A stretch of 63,996 nt of DNA, filler included, from an uncultured Methanosarcinales archaeon (GTDB lineage Archaea > Nanobdellota > Nanobdellia > Woesearchaeales > CAYXTQ01): assembly GCA_964608065.1 (NCBI GenBank). It is 6 parts of 6 records of this genome, joined end to end, with 100 filler letters (N's around TTAATTAATTAA, not from the genome) between each part and the next. Parts side by side here need not be neighbours in the genome. Positions count along the whole stretch, not along the records: positions 49,590 to 61,653 come from CAZSMA010000046.1; 5 more parts are not named here. One strand, written 5' to 3'. A program made the position numbers and the translations under genes. The notes under the pieces are model-generated. The model did not search any database and had not been told where the DNA came from. It saw nothing but the letters and a program-made list of their open reading frames with translations. This document shows, piece after piece, positions 51,697 to 61,753 of the stretch; positions within the stretch are counted from its first letter, which is position 1, and every line of letters begins with the position of its first letter.

Positions 51697-52026
51697 GCGG
51701 GGGTGCCGGAGCGGCCAATTGAAAATCGAAGATTTTCAAAGCGTCAAAAAATCTACGATTTTTGGACCAAACGGGACAGGCTTAGGTAAGTAACAGGTCT
51801 GATGAGTCCAATTGGACTATGACTTGAAGATACCTGTTGGCTTAGACAAGAGCGTAGAGAATGTCTGCTACAAAAACTACGCTTTTGGAGCAGTGCCTAC
51901 GAGGGTTCGAATNNNNNNNNNNNNNNNNNNNNNNNNNNNNNNNNNNNNNNNNNNNNNNNNNNNNNNNNNNNNNNNNNNNNNNNNNNNNNNNNNNNNNNNN
52001 NNNNNNNNNNNNTCCCTTCCCCCGCA
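51697..52026 (+). tRNA. tRNA-Leu(TAG) with three visible introns (51719-51770 D loop; 51787-51831 at 37/38; 51846-51893 variable arm) and an assembly gap in the T loop
   Basis: Spliced form GCGGGGGTGCCGGAGCGGCCAAACGGGACAGGCTTAGGACCTGTTGGCTTAGTGCCTACGAGGGTTCGAATCCCTTCCCCCGCA folds as a type II tRNA. Confidence 0.88.
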
Positions 52027-52041
52027 TATTTCTTTCTAAGT

Positions 52042-52155
52042 TAAATTCGTGGCTTTAGCCTAAGAATTTAGTAGAAACACGAAAAAATACGAAGTATTTT
52101 TTGTGTCTCAGAAATCTTTGATTTCGGAGGGCTTTGCGTGGTGCTTGAGCATTAC
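52042..52155. repeat. Cluster of family B-like hairpins downstream of tRNA-Leu
   Basis: AAAAAATAC-GAA-GTATTTTTT and GAAATC-TTT-GATTTC. Confidence 0.65.
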
Positions 52156-52201
52156 ACCATCTATAGAAACATTTATAAATATAAGGATATTTTTATATCC
52201 T

Positions 52202-52801
52202 ATGAACCAAATATTAATACAAAAAATAGTTGAAATGGAAGATTCAGTAGTTCCTACTCTATTCAAGCCAGTGCAGTTTGGTATATTAAAGAAGCTTAAT
52301 AAAGGGACGGAGTTGAATGAAAATGAAAAAAGATATCTTAGAGGAAAAATGAAAGATAAATTAAATTTATTAGATGAGTTTATAGAAGGGAAAAAGGAAA
52401 TTAAAGTTAATTATATTACATTCTTAAGTAGCTTAAGCTCTTATTATATAACAGGTTTAGAAGCCGTAAAATATAATGGTTATGGATGGTATTTTGACAC
52501 TAAGGTTATTGAAGTCATAAACACAAAAATAGAGGGAAAATTGGTGATTGGAGATAAAACACTTAAGTCGATTAGGGTCAAATCTATTACTAACTCTGAT
52601 TATACAATAGATAAAAAAACAGGATTAAAATATGCAACAAATGAACAGATACTTAAAGATACAAAAATAACTAAAAATGGATATACAAAGTCAGTATGGA
52701 AACAACTGCTTTCAAGATATGGAAAATTATTTTTAAGATCTTATAGGAAATACAAAATTTTAAAACCAATACACATAGATTATTCAAAATATGGTGTATA
52801 A
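52202..52801 (+). CDS. Hypothetical protein, putative AbiEi-like antitoxin partner
   Basis: Abuts the AbiEii gene; YYITGLEA motif. Confidence 0.55.
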   Translation: MNQILIQKIVEMEDSVVPTLFKPVQFGILKKLNKGTELNENEKRYLRGKMKDKLNLLDEFIEGKKEIKVNYITFLSSLSSYYITGLEAVKYNGYGWYFDTKVIEVINTKIEGKLVIGDKTLKSIRVKSITNSDYTIDKKTGLKYATNEQILKDTKITKNGYTKSVWKQLLSRYGKLFLRSYRKYKILKPIHIDYSKYGV

Positions 52802-53494
52802 ATGACAAGAATAATACCTATTTTAGAAGAATTCCTTAAAGAAATGGAAAAAGATAATCCATATAAACTAGTTCTGAAAGGCGGAACTGCTTTATCTTTG
52901 TTTTATCTAAACCACCACAGGGAATCAGAAGACCTAGATTTTGATTCAGATAAATCAAATTTAGAAAAGTATAAAGAAATTGAAAAATATTTTATTAATA
53001 TTTTAAATAAATTAAAAGAAAAAAGGATTATTAAATATTTTAAAAAAAAGAAAAGTGGGTTAGCTGCCACAAATAGATACCATATGAAACTTGAACTAGA
53101 AACTTACAAAACTTTTCAAACAAAAATAGACGTAGATTTTGTTGAGTTGCCTAAGAAATTAGACCAAAAAGGTAATCTATATCTTTACACTAAAGAAAGA
53201 ATATTCATAACAAAAATAGTCACATTTATCAACAGAAAAGAGTTTAAAGACCTGTATGATATTTCTAAATTGTTATCTAAAATTGATGAAAAGTTTTTCA
53301 TTCGTAACCAAAATGTTATTAATTTGCTAGACAATATTATCAAAATAACTGAAAAAGAGGATATATTAAGATTATATAAATCAGCATTTAGAAATGTTGA
53401 TCTAAGATTCAAGGATCTTAAACAATCTCAGCTTGATAGTTTTATAACTAAGTTAATTAGAAATTTAAGAATCTTTAAGAGTAAGATTAGCTAA
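52802..53494 (+). CDS. AbiEii/AbiGii-family nucleotidyltransferase toxin
   Basis: LKGGTAL...HRESEDLDF...K...R...KDLYDI. Confidence 0.9.
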   Translation: MTRIIPILEEFLKEMEKDNPYKLVLKGGTALSLFYLNHHRESEDLDFDSDKSNLEKYKEIEKYFINILNKLKEKRIIKYFKKKKSGLAATNRYHMKLELETYKTFQTKIDVDFVELPKKLDQKGNLYLYTKERIFITKIVTFINRKEFKDLYDISKLLSKIDEKFFIRNQNVINLLDNIIKITEKEDILRLYKSAFRNVDLRFKDLKQSQLDSFITKLIRNLRIFKSKIS

Positions 53495-53582
53495 AAAAAA
53501 AAGAAAAATTATTAAAGGATATAGTCTTGTAATATTAACATTAGTGTTTTACAAGCAATAATTGGGAAACGCATACGATTAT

Positions 53583-53606
53583 AAGGGTTGTTCCCTTCTC
53601 CCGCAT
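53583..53606 (+). repeat. Degenerate copy of the tRNA-Leu 3' end (att-like)
   Basis: TCCCTTCTCCCGCAT versus TCCCTTCCCCCGCAT, preceded by AGGGTT. Confidence 0.7.
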
Positions 53607-53759
53607 CATTTTATCTACCATAATATAATTCATACTATTTAAAAGTAATAACATCCCAAAAAAGCCTGTTTTGCCAAAATTCAAAGGAATTAAGCTCGTC
53701 GATAAGTATACCCTAATGTTAATTTGCGAAAGATTTATAAATGATACATCTTACTAAAA

Positions 53760-54028
53760 TCCGTATATAGGGTTAATACTCTACAAAAAGAGTTCATGCT
53801 CTAAAAAAGAGGCAGCGAAAATCAAAGAGATTTCCTGGTCTTCTTTTTGCAAGCAAAAAGAGGTGATGACAACATATATGTTGTATAATCGCAAGATTTA
53901 AATATTAAGACAAAATTTTGTTTTTAAAAAAAAAAAAAGAGGGAGATACTATATCTCTCATATTTTGTTTTTGTGGAAAATTTCCACAAAAGTAAAGATA
54001 GCACAAAAACACGGAGGTGTTTAGATAA
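53760..54028 (+). promoter_or_regulatory. Long multi-hairpin 5' leader of the S-layer gene
   Basis: TTTATAAA near 53734; series of hairpins; GGAGGTG SD before the ATG. Confidence 0.55.
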
Positions 54029-56608
54029 ATGAAATTGAGAAAAGCAATCAAGAAAATAATTGCTTTAGGAGCAGGCGCGTCAATGGTTGGAGCAACCATG
54101 ATGGGTGCGTTAGCTGCAGCAGATCTGAGCATGTACCCAGATCCATTTGTTAAGGATGGGGTATTTAATGCATTGATAGTTGTAGGAGAAAGCGCAGCCA
54201 CACAAGACGTGCTCGGAGCAATAGACATTGCAACAAGTTTGCAATTTGCATCAAAGACAACAAGTAATGTAGGAACCGGAAGCGGAACAACAATCAGTAA
54301 ATCTGGAGATTCTGTAAAGATTGAGAAAAGCTCTAACAAGTTAGAATTTAACGAACAAGTTAGTTCTATACAAAACTCAGTGACCAAATCAGATATGGAT
54401 TCATTAGCAACAGGAACCATAACAAATGAATATGGCGACTTTGACTATGAACAGACAATATATATGCCGCAATCTGGACTAATGTTATATACAGTAGATC
54501 CAGATGATGAAAATAGTGTTGCAGATATCTACATGGTCTTAGCTAACAACAACAGAGGATACAGCTATAAAATAACATTTACACCAGCACTAAAATCTGA
54601 CCACAGCACAGCAAGTCCAGGAAACTTCCTAGAAGATGTCAGAAACAAAAAAATGACACTTATAGGAGAAGAATACACAATACTGACTGCAAACCACCCA
54701 GATAAAAACCAGACAACATTAACATTTATGGGAGGAGCAGTTACAGACATTCTGGAAGAAGGTACCTCAAAAACCTACACTGTAGATGGTGTTGACTATG
54801 ACGTAAGCTTGGATTATGTATCTAGCACAGAAGCTAAGTTTACAATTAATTCAGAAGTCAGCGACACATTAAGTGAAGGAGGAACCTACAAGCTAGAGGA
54901 CGGATCTGAACTAGGTGTAGTAGATATCATGGAAAACGAAGCTGGAGAAGCAGCAGGCGGAGACAGCGTTGAATTTAATCTTGGAGCAAACAAGATTAAA
55001 ATAGAAGATACTGCATGCGCTACTAACCAAGGTACAGCAGGAACTGTTACAATAGGTACAAACGACATGAGCGGTGTTAAAGGAGATATTGTTCTATCAT
55101 CAGATGGTGGAAAAACACATGGAAGTGATGTGTTTATATCATGGATAGAAGTCAACTACACACCAAGTCAGGACCTATACCTAAAAGCTGGAAATTCAGC
55201 AGGAGCTAAAGCAGACGAAGCTGAAGACCAAAGTGGTAACTTCTTTGCAGATGCATTTGACTTTGAATTCGAAGGACTGCAAGTCGGAACAACAGAAGAA
55301 ATTACATTAAAACCAAGCGGTTCTAACAACTACAAGCTGAAGTTCAATAACAAGAATGGCATTTCATACAATGCAGATGTATTCGGTAGAAATGCTGCAG
55401 GAGACTACAGACTAGGAAGATACACAGGATCTTCAATGAGAGACTTAATCAACAATGAGAGTGTAGGAATTACAGATGAAGAATATTTCATTGTAAGCAA
55501 AAACGAATACTCTCATATACTACAGTTTAAAGACGTAGCTCAGGGAACAAGCCTAACTGATGACACAGGTACAGTCAAGGTCAAAGATATTGGTTCAGGT
55601 AACATCATTGAAGTAACTTACTCAGGAACAAGCAGAGAAGGAACACTAAGTCTGGATGGAAATCAGTTCTTAATCAGAGCTGACGAAGATGCAAGCACTG
55701 CAAACATCACAGTAGATATGGATGGAGACGGAGCATTTGCAGCTACACTATGGAATCCAGAATTATGGACAGAGTATGGAATGAACATCACATTATACGA
55801 TAGCGACAATGTAGATGGTGCAGTAAACTCATCCATAAAATTCACAGCAGAAGAAGACGAAGACAACTCCAAAGACGTAGTTATGGTTAATTTTACTGAA
55901 AGTGGAGATAGTAAAATTGATTTAGAAGACTATACAGGAGTAGACATGTCTCAAAGTGGAGCTTACACAGGAACCATGCAGCAAGCAGAAGATGGAAGCT
56001 ACAAGTACAGATGGTACACCAATTATGGTATGTTCATAGAACTAGACCAAATTGGTTCAGGAAACACACAAAACGAACTAACTTTAGTGTACCCAGATGA
56101 GCAAGCATTCGGAGCTTTCTTCGTAAGTTCAGGTGCAACAACAACAACAACATCAAGTGGAACTGGAGCTGTTGAAACAACAACTGTCACAAAGATAGAT
56201 GTTGGAGCAGCAGTCTTAGACACAGATCCAGCAGTTTCAGGACATGAAACTGAGAAAAACTTAATTGTTGTTGGCGGACCAGCTATTAACAAAGCAGCTG
56301 CAGTATTAATGGGATTACCATTCCCAAGCTATGGTGCAGCATCAACAATTCCAGAGAATGCAGCTATCATTAAATTGGTAGAGCAGACTGATGGAACTGT
56401 TGCAGTAATTGTTGCTGGATGGACTGCAGATGACTCACAGAGAGCATCTAGAGTCTTAGCTGACTATACAACATATCAGACAGCAGGTACTTTAACTGGT
56501 ACAGAAGTACAAGTTGAAGGTACAAGCCTAACTGATATAACTGTAGGAGCACCAACACCAGTTGTTGAAGAAGAAGCTGTTGTCGAAGAAGAAGCAGCCG
56601 CTGGATAA
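54029..56608 (+). CDS. S-layer protein
   Basis: IKKIIALGAGASMVGATMMGALAAADL..YP, DVLGAIDIA, NLIVVGGPAIN, VAGWTADD; acidic with many N-x-S/T sites. Confidence 0.9.
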   Translation: MKLRKAIKKIIALGAGASMVGATMMGALAAADLSMYPDPFVKDGVFNALIVVGESAATQDVLGAIDIATSLQFASKTTSNVGTGSGTTISKSGDSVKIEKSSNKLEFNEQVSSIQNSVTKSDMDSLATGTITNEYGDFDYEQTIYMPQSGLMLYTVDPDDENSVADIYMVLANNNRGYSYKITFTPALKSDHSTASPGNFLEDVRNKKMTLIGEEYTILTANHPDKNQTTLTFMGGAVTDILEEGTSKTYTVDGVDYDVSLDYVSSTEAKFTINSEVSDTLSEGGTYKLEDGSELGVVDIMENEAGEAAGGDSVEFNLGANKIKIEDTACATNQGTAGTVTIGTNDMSGVKGDIVLSSDGGKTHGSDVFISWIEVNYTPSQDLYLKAGNSAGAKADEAEDQSGNFFADAFDFEFEGLQVGTTEEITLKPSGSNNYKLKFNNKNGISYNADVFGRNAAGDYRLGRYTGSSMRDLINNESVGITDEEYFIVSKNEYSHILQFKDVAQGTSLTDDTGTVKVKDIGSGNIIEVTYSGTSREGTLSLDGNQFLIRADEDASTANITVDMDGDGAFAATLWNPELWTEYGMNITLYDSDNVDGAVNSSIKFTAEEDEDNSKDVVMVNFTESGDSKIDLEDYTGVDMSQSGAYTGTMQQAEDGSYKYRWYTNYGMFIELDQIGSGNTQNELTLVYPDEQAFGAFFVSSGATTTTTSSGTGAVETTTVTKIDVGAAVLDTDPAVSGHETEKNLIVVGGPAINKAAAVLMGLPFPSYGAASTIPENAAIIKLVEQTDGTVAVIVAGWTADDSQRASRVLADYTTYQTAGTLTGTEVQVEGTSLTDITVGAPTPVVEEEAVVEEEAAAG

Positions 56609-56618
56609 GCAACCTAAA

Positions 56619-56648
56619 TTTTTTTCTTTTTTTTTTTTTTTTTTTTTT
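56619..56648 (+). terminator. Oligo-T terminator of the S-layer gene
   Basis: Long T tract right after the stop codon. Confidence 0.6.
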
Positions 56649-56659
56649 CGATTTTTATT

Positions 56660-57850
56660 TCAAACTAATTCTCCTAAAAACACATTATTATTAGAATTCT
56701 TTATCTTAACTTTAACATAACCTGTTTTAGTGCAGTTAGGCATTAAAATAACTCTGTCTTTAGCTACAGCTAATTTTTCATTTTTATTCCTTCCTACTGT
56801 TATTATCCTGGCTTTAATCACATCTCCTTTATTGAATGGAGGCATTAATTGTTTTGTCTTCTCTAAAGAACATTTTACTAGTAAATCTACACTATATTTC
56901 TCCTCTAAATCCTTTAATATCTTATAGAATTTATCCCAATAAATATGTTTTACAGGATTTCTTCCTTTTTTATTTATTAAAAAATTCTGTATCAATATCT
57001 GTACATTAATCTTCTTAGCAAACTTTACTAATTCTTCTATATCCTTTTCATTAACTTTATCCATTAATACAGGAGCTATTATTGTTTTTATACTTTTAGA
57101 AGCATATTCTGTTATTTCCAACACATGCTTTAAGTTATAATTCTTAGTGCCAGCAACTTTTTTACTTTGTTTGTCATCAAAAGCATTTATTGATATATTG
57201 ATTTGGTTAAGCCCAGCTTTAATCAACTCATCTAACAGCCCTTTAGTCAATAATGTTCCATTAGTTATTATTGTAATAACATTCACATTCTTTATATCCC
57301 TTAAATCTTTGACTAAACCAACAATATCTGAATATAATAATGGCTCACCCTGTGGATTAATATAAACATCAATCTTTTTGCCTTTATATGCAACAAGTTT
57401 TCTTACCCCTTCCACTAAATAATCCTTCTCCACAACATAATCCACCAACCTCTTGGAACTTAAACCTTCATCAACACTGCAGAAAATACAGTTAATATTG
57501 CATCCTGTGTTAGGCCTTAATTCAATTATATTAGAGCCTTTGTCAATTATCCCAAAATAAAGAGTTCCAATCAAAGGAATATCTGAATTTTTATGGATAT
57601 AAATTGTTTTCTTGTTGTTTAAAGAACTCTTTAATCCATCAAACCCCTTTTGAAGCAATAAATTAAACTTATTATCTACTTTTCTTTCTGAAACATTCAT
57701 GAAATTTATAGAGTTTTTCTCGACTACAAAGTCAGAGATTTTATTTAAATCCTCTTTGTCCAGGTAGAAATAATATGTTTTCAGGAAGTTGGCTCTAACT
57801 TTATCTTTTTCATCTTTAAATGTTAGGTCTTCAAATGTTAATCTTGTCAT
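56660..57850 (-). CDS. Archaeal radical SAM protein with C-terminal TRAM-like domain
   Basis: GCNINCIFCSVDEG, QGEPLLY, TNGTLL. Confidence 0.88.
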   Translation of the reverse strand: MTRLTFEDLTFKDEKDKVRANFLKTYYFYLDKEDLNKISDFVVEKNSINFMNVSERKVDNKFNLLLQKGFDGLKSSLNNKKTIYIHKNSDIPLIGTLYFGIIDKGSNIIELRPNTGCNINCIFCSVDEGLSSKRLVDYVVEKDYLVEGVRKLVAYKGKKIDVYINPQGEPLLYSDIVGLVKDLRDIKNVNVITIITNGTLLTKGLLDELIKAGLNQINISINAFDDKQSKKVAGTKNYNLKHVLEITEYASKSIKTIIAPVLMDKVNEKDIEELVKFAKKINVQILIQNFLINKKGRNPVKHIYWDKFYKILKDLEEKYSVDLLVKCSLEKTKQLMPPFNKGDVIKARIITVGRNKNEKLAVAKDRVILMPNCTKTGYVKVKIKNSNNNVFLGELV

Positions 57851-57851
57851 T

Positions 57852-59255
57852 TTATTGTTTACAATCATGTATTTCAACAACTTTCACTCTATCATTCCAA
57901 TTATCTGAAAAAGTTTTAACTAAACTGCAATCACTCTTTACATAATTGCTGAATTCATCCATATAAGCAGGACCGTATATTGCTGTAAGCTTTCCAAGAT
58001 TCTCTTTATAATTTATTATAAACTTTACTCCACTTTGCTTTAAGTCATTGATAACTTCATTTATGTCAGTAACACCTGCTCTGAACCTTAAATTATTAGA
58101 ATCAGCAAAATTCAATGCTATTCTTCTATTTGACAGCAAGGCAATAACCTGAACTATAGAGTCATCACCAAATATCTCTTCATTCTCATCAGAATTATCA
58201 GCAACATATTGTGAGATCTCTTCTGCATTATTAAAATCCTGATAATCATAGTTGATATAGTTCCTTACAGAGAATGCACTAAGCAAAACCACAACAACAA
58301 ACAACACAGAATACAATATCTTCTTACTAACATTTACCCTATCAATCAAATTAATCAATGAATAACCCCCTATAATAGCTAAAAATGGAAAAATAAACAT
58401 AAAATAATAACCGAACACTTTGTTTAAGGCTATAAAAAACAACAGATAAGCTCCTGAACTAAGAGCAGCAATCCCTATCTTCCTCTTGTTTTTATCTACG
58501 AAAAACAACAAAGCAGGCAAAAACAATAAAAAATTAATCCTAATCATCCTGTAAAATATATCAAAATTCCTTCCTTCAGCACTTTTAGGCTTCAAAAAGT
58601 GATATTTGAATACAGGAATAATGTATTTGCTTCCAAAAGCCAACAATAAAACCAAATTTACAAGTATAAATGTAACAGAAAAACCAGCTAAAAATTTAAG
58701 AAACATCTTTTTGTTTCTAAAAAAAAGGTAAACAAGGATAACTGCAAAAGGGATTAAAGACATAAAATTAGTTAGCCCTGCCAATCCTAATATAATACCG
58801 CTTATAAAAAATTTTTTCTGTAAAAAAAAGAAGTAAAAACCAATCACTAAAAACATTACAGCAAGATTAACACCCATATTATATGTGCTGAACCTTAAAC
58901 TGTCGTAGGAAAACATGAATAAAATAACTGATAAAAAAGAATAGACTGCATTGAATTTCTTCATCATCAAAAATATAAAGAAAGCGCTTATTATAGTAAA
59001 CAAAGTTGGCAATAATTTTAATAAAATAAAATTAAATCCAAATATCTTAAATACCAAAGCCAAAACAAAGAGCTGCAACGGCGGCCTTGAAAAAAAGAAA
59101 TCTTTGTAAGGCATATTACCTTCTGCCACTAATTTCCCCATATAAAAATAAGTATTCTCGTCGGAAAAACCATATTCTAAGTTAGCTGATTTAATACTCA
59201 GATAAACAAATATTATCAATAAAAATATAGCATAATAAATAACCTTTTTCTTCAT
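57852..59255 (-). CDS. ArnT/PMT-like GT-C membrane glycosyltransferase
   Basis: SDENTY..MG...MPYKDFF...PPL; many TM helices. Confidence 0.75.
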   Translation of the reverse strand: MKKKVIYYAIFLLIIFVYLSIKSANLEYGFSDENTYFYMGKLVAEGNMPYKDFFFSRPPLQLFVLALVFKIFGFNFILLKLLPTLFTIISAFFIFLMMKKFNAVYSFLSVILFMFSYDSLRFSTYNMGVNLAVMFLVIGFYFFFLQKKFFISGIILGLAGLTNFMSLIPFAVILVYLFFRNKKMFLKFLAGFSVTFILVNLVLLLAFGSKYIIPVFKYHFLKPKSAEGRNFDIFYRMIRINFLLFLPALLFFVDKNKRKIGIAALSSGAYLLFFIALNKVFGYYFMFIFPFLAIIGGYSLINLIDRVNVSKKILYSVLFVVVVLLSAFSVRNYINYDYQDFNNAEEISQYVADNSDENEEIFGDDSIVQVIALLSNRRIALNFADSNNLRFRAGVTDINEVINDLKQSGVKFIINYKENLGKLTAIYGPAYMDEFSNYVKSDCSLVKTFSDNWNDRVKVVEIHDCKQ

Positions 59256-60853
59256 TTTACCAATTCCTTGATCTCTTTATCATTTGGATTTATTTCCAGA
59301 TATTTATCAAAATAATACATTGCCTTCTCTTTATCATTTTTCTCAAAATAATATAATAACCCCAAGTTCCTGTAAGCATTAATATTATCTGGATCTATAC
59401 TCAATAAGTATTCTATCTCATTTATAATCATTTCTGTATTCTGTTTTGGATCTAAACCATAGTATGGGTTAATAGCAGTAAATTTTCTTATGTTTTTGTA
59501 TTCAGCAATATCTTCAACATAAACTGAAAAATATTCATCAAAAAAAACCAGTTTATAGTTATCATCTTTAAGCAATATTGGTCCAATATCTGCTGCTAAT
59601 TTGTTGTCAATTATAAAAAAAGATATATTGTATTTTTCAATCAAATCTTTAAGGTTTTCTCCATACCGTATATCATAATAATCATCAACTATCTCTTTGC
59701 CATAGACATCTATTCTTCCGTCTATAAAAACTTTATATTCCGGATATAATTTAAATATTATAGGACCTCCAAGCTCATAGCTGTTGTACATATTCCCTTC
59801 TATATTGTTATTCTTAACAAAATCAATAGCATTCTCTCCAAAATGTCTCCATGGAATTTCAGTATTAAAAGCATTGAGTTTTACAACAGAGAAAACAATC
59901 AATAATAATGCAAGTATAATAAAAAAATAATCTTTAGCTTTGCTCCTTTTTATCTTCAATCTGCTTAAGTATGGCTGTATTATAATAAGATTGACTAAAA
60001 TTGAACTAGCAACATATCTTTTTGATTTGAAAGCTAAAACAGTAAATAGTACAAACACAAGTAAATATGTTATCTTAATTTTCTTATTGCTCAAAATAAA
60101 AATCAAAACAATACATGCTGTAAAAATCAAATAAAACCAGAACCAGAAACTCTCTATTCCATATGGTTTCCACTCATTGACATCAGCTGAAAGCTTGAGT
60201 ATCTTTAAAGGAAGTAGGAATATCTTGTATGTATGTGGATTTATTAAAGAGGTTATAAAGCAGGCTATAATCAGATAAATAAACTTTAATTGCTTCTTAA
60301 CTATAAACAAATCTAATAAATATATTGAAACTATTGCAACACCAATAATAACACTTGAATGAAAATTAGCCCATATCAAAGTTAATAATGGCAATAAATA
60401 ATATTTCTTATATTTTAAAATTACAAATATTAAGACCAGGAACAACCAAAAAAATATATGCGGCCTTATATAAGCGTAAATACTCGTCGATAAAGCAGCA
60501 AAAACTGTTAATGCCAGAGAAACATATAAGTTTTTATTAAATAGTTTGAATAAAAGCAAAAATATTAGTGTTATAACAGCTGCTTTAAGGAATATCAGGG
60601 AATCAAATCCAAAATTCTTATAGAAAAAATAAAACATCATTGCAGGAACATACTCATGTACAGTCCATTCATTATCAGATGTATGTGAAAAAATATCATT
60701 ATTTGGAATCTCTTTATTCTGTGCTATATATTCCCCTGTCTTTATATGGAAAAAAACATCATAATTATTAGCTTTAAAGTTAAGGTTCAGCCCAAATATA
60801 AGTGCAAATACTAAGAAAATAATCAAAAAACTAATTAATCTGTTATTCCCCAT
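59252..60853 (-). CDS. Multi-pass membrane protein (GT-C-like) with C-terminal TPR
   Basis: DVFFHIKTG, RPH, WANFHS, FIDGR; AYRNLGLLY...YLEINP. Confidence 0.7.
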   Translation of the reverse strand: MGNNRLISFLIIFLVFALIFGLNLNFKANNYDVFFHIKTGEYIAQNKEIPNNDIFSHTSDNEWTVHEYVPAMMFYFFYKNFGFDSLIFLKAAVITLIFLLLFKLFNKNLYVSLALTVFAALSTSIYAYIRPHIFFWLFLVLIFVILKYKKYYLLPLLTLIWANFHSSVIIGVAIVSIYLLDLFIVKKQLKFIYLIIACFITSLINPHTYKIFLLPLKILKLSADVNEWKPYGIESFWFWFYLIFTACIVLIFILSNKKIKITYLLVFVLFTVLAFKSKRYVASSILVNLIIIQPYLSRLKIKRSKAKDYFFIILALLLIVFSVVKLNAFNTEIPWRHFGENAIDFVKNNNIEGNMYNSYELGGPIIFKLYPEYKVFIDGRIDVYGKEIVDDYYDIRYGENLKDLIEKYNISFFIIDNKLAADIGPILLKDDNYKLVFFDEYFSVYVEDIAEYKNIRKFTAINPYYGLDPKQNTEMIINEIEYLLSIDPDNINAYRNLGLLYYFEKNDKEKAMYYFDKYLEINPNDKEIKELVK

Positions 60854-60934
60854 ATCTACTCTAAAATACATATTGATTAATAAAGTTGTCGAAAATATAA
60901 ATATTTAAATATCCGTAGCTTATTTATACTTAGA

Positions 60935-61648
60935 GTGGGGGTTAAATTGGAAGAAAAAAATATTAGGGTTACTTATGAAACGCTTTTTGAGCTATTAAGA
61001 AGAGAGAAAAACAGGGAAGAACTTCAAAAACTAGATGATACTTTTTATCCTGATGTTATAGATTATCTTAAAGATAAGTTCGAATTAGTCAGTAAGCCTC
61101 AGCAAGACCTTTTCTCTGTAACAGAAAAAGATAGGACAATGAGGGAATTGCGCAATATACAGAAGATACTCAAAGAGTTATATGAAAGAAGAGAGAAAAA
61201 GATAATAAGCATGGCTATAAACAAAAGCAGGACAGACTCAGATATGCTTGACACTAATAATCTATTAAAAGAAGAGCAGGGTTTTTTTGATAACTTAATG
61301 AATGTTCTGGATATGTTCAGAGTAGGTGTTATAAACAATGTTTTAGACGGTAAACTGCCAGCTGTAAGTAAATGTGAATTTCCTGAGGAAAAAAAAGAAG
61401 AGATAGAACAATCTAAAGCAGAAGTTACAGAGGAAAAAGAAGAACCTCAAATTGAAGCTAAAGAAGAATTCAAGCCAGCTGAAACCTTTATTAATAAAAA
61501 AGTAAAGTTTTTGATTCAAACATCACAGTTTGTTGGCCCTGAACTGGAAGAATACGGCCCTTATTCTGCTGATGAAACAACTGAACTTCCACTTAAGGTA
61601 GCAGATGTGTTAATCAGCAAAGGAAACGCTGAAGAACTAAAAGAGTAG
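60935..61648 (+). CDS. DNA replication GINS subunit (Gins15/51-like)
   Basis: ELQKLDDTFY...RREKKI; C-terminal FVGPELEEYGPY...LISKGNAE. Confidence 0.8.
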   Translation: MGVKLEEKNIRVTYETLFELLRREKNREELQKLDDTFYPDVIDYLKDKFELVSKPQQDLFSVTEKDRTMRELRNIQKILKELYERREKKIISMAINKSRTDSDMLDTNNLLKEEQGFFDNLMNVLDMFRVGVINNVLDGKLPAVSKCEFPEEKKEEIEQSKAEVTEEKEEPQIEAKEEFKPAETFINKKVKFLIQTSQFVGPELEEYGPYSADETTELPLKVADVLISKGNAEELKE

Positions 61649-61753
61649 TCATANNNNNNNNNNNNNNNNNNNNNNNNNNNNNNNNNNNNNNNNNNNNTTA
61701 ATTAATTAANNNNNNNNNNNNNNNNNNNNNNNNNNNNNNNNNNNNNNNNNNNN

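Noticed and set aside
51799..51820. Active hammerhead ribozyme
   Set aside because: CUGAUGA and stem II are present, but the required GAAA after stem II is replaced by UAUG
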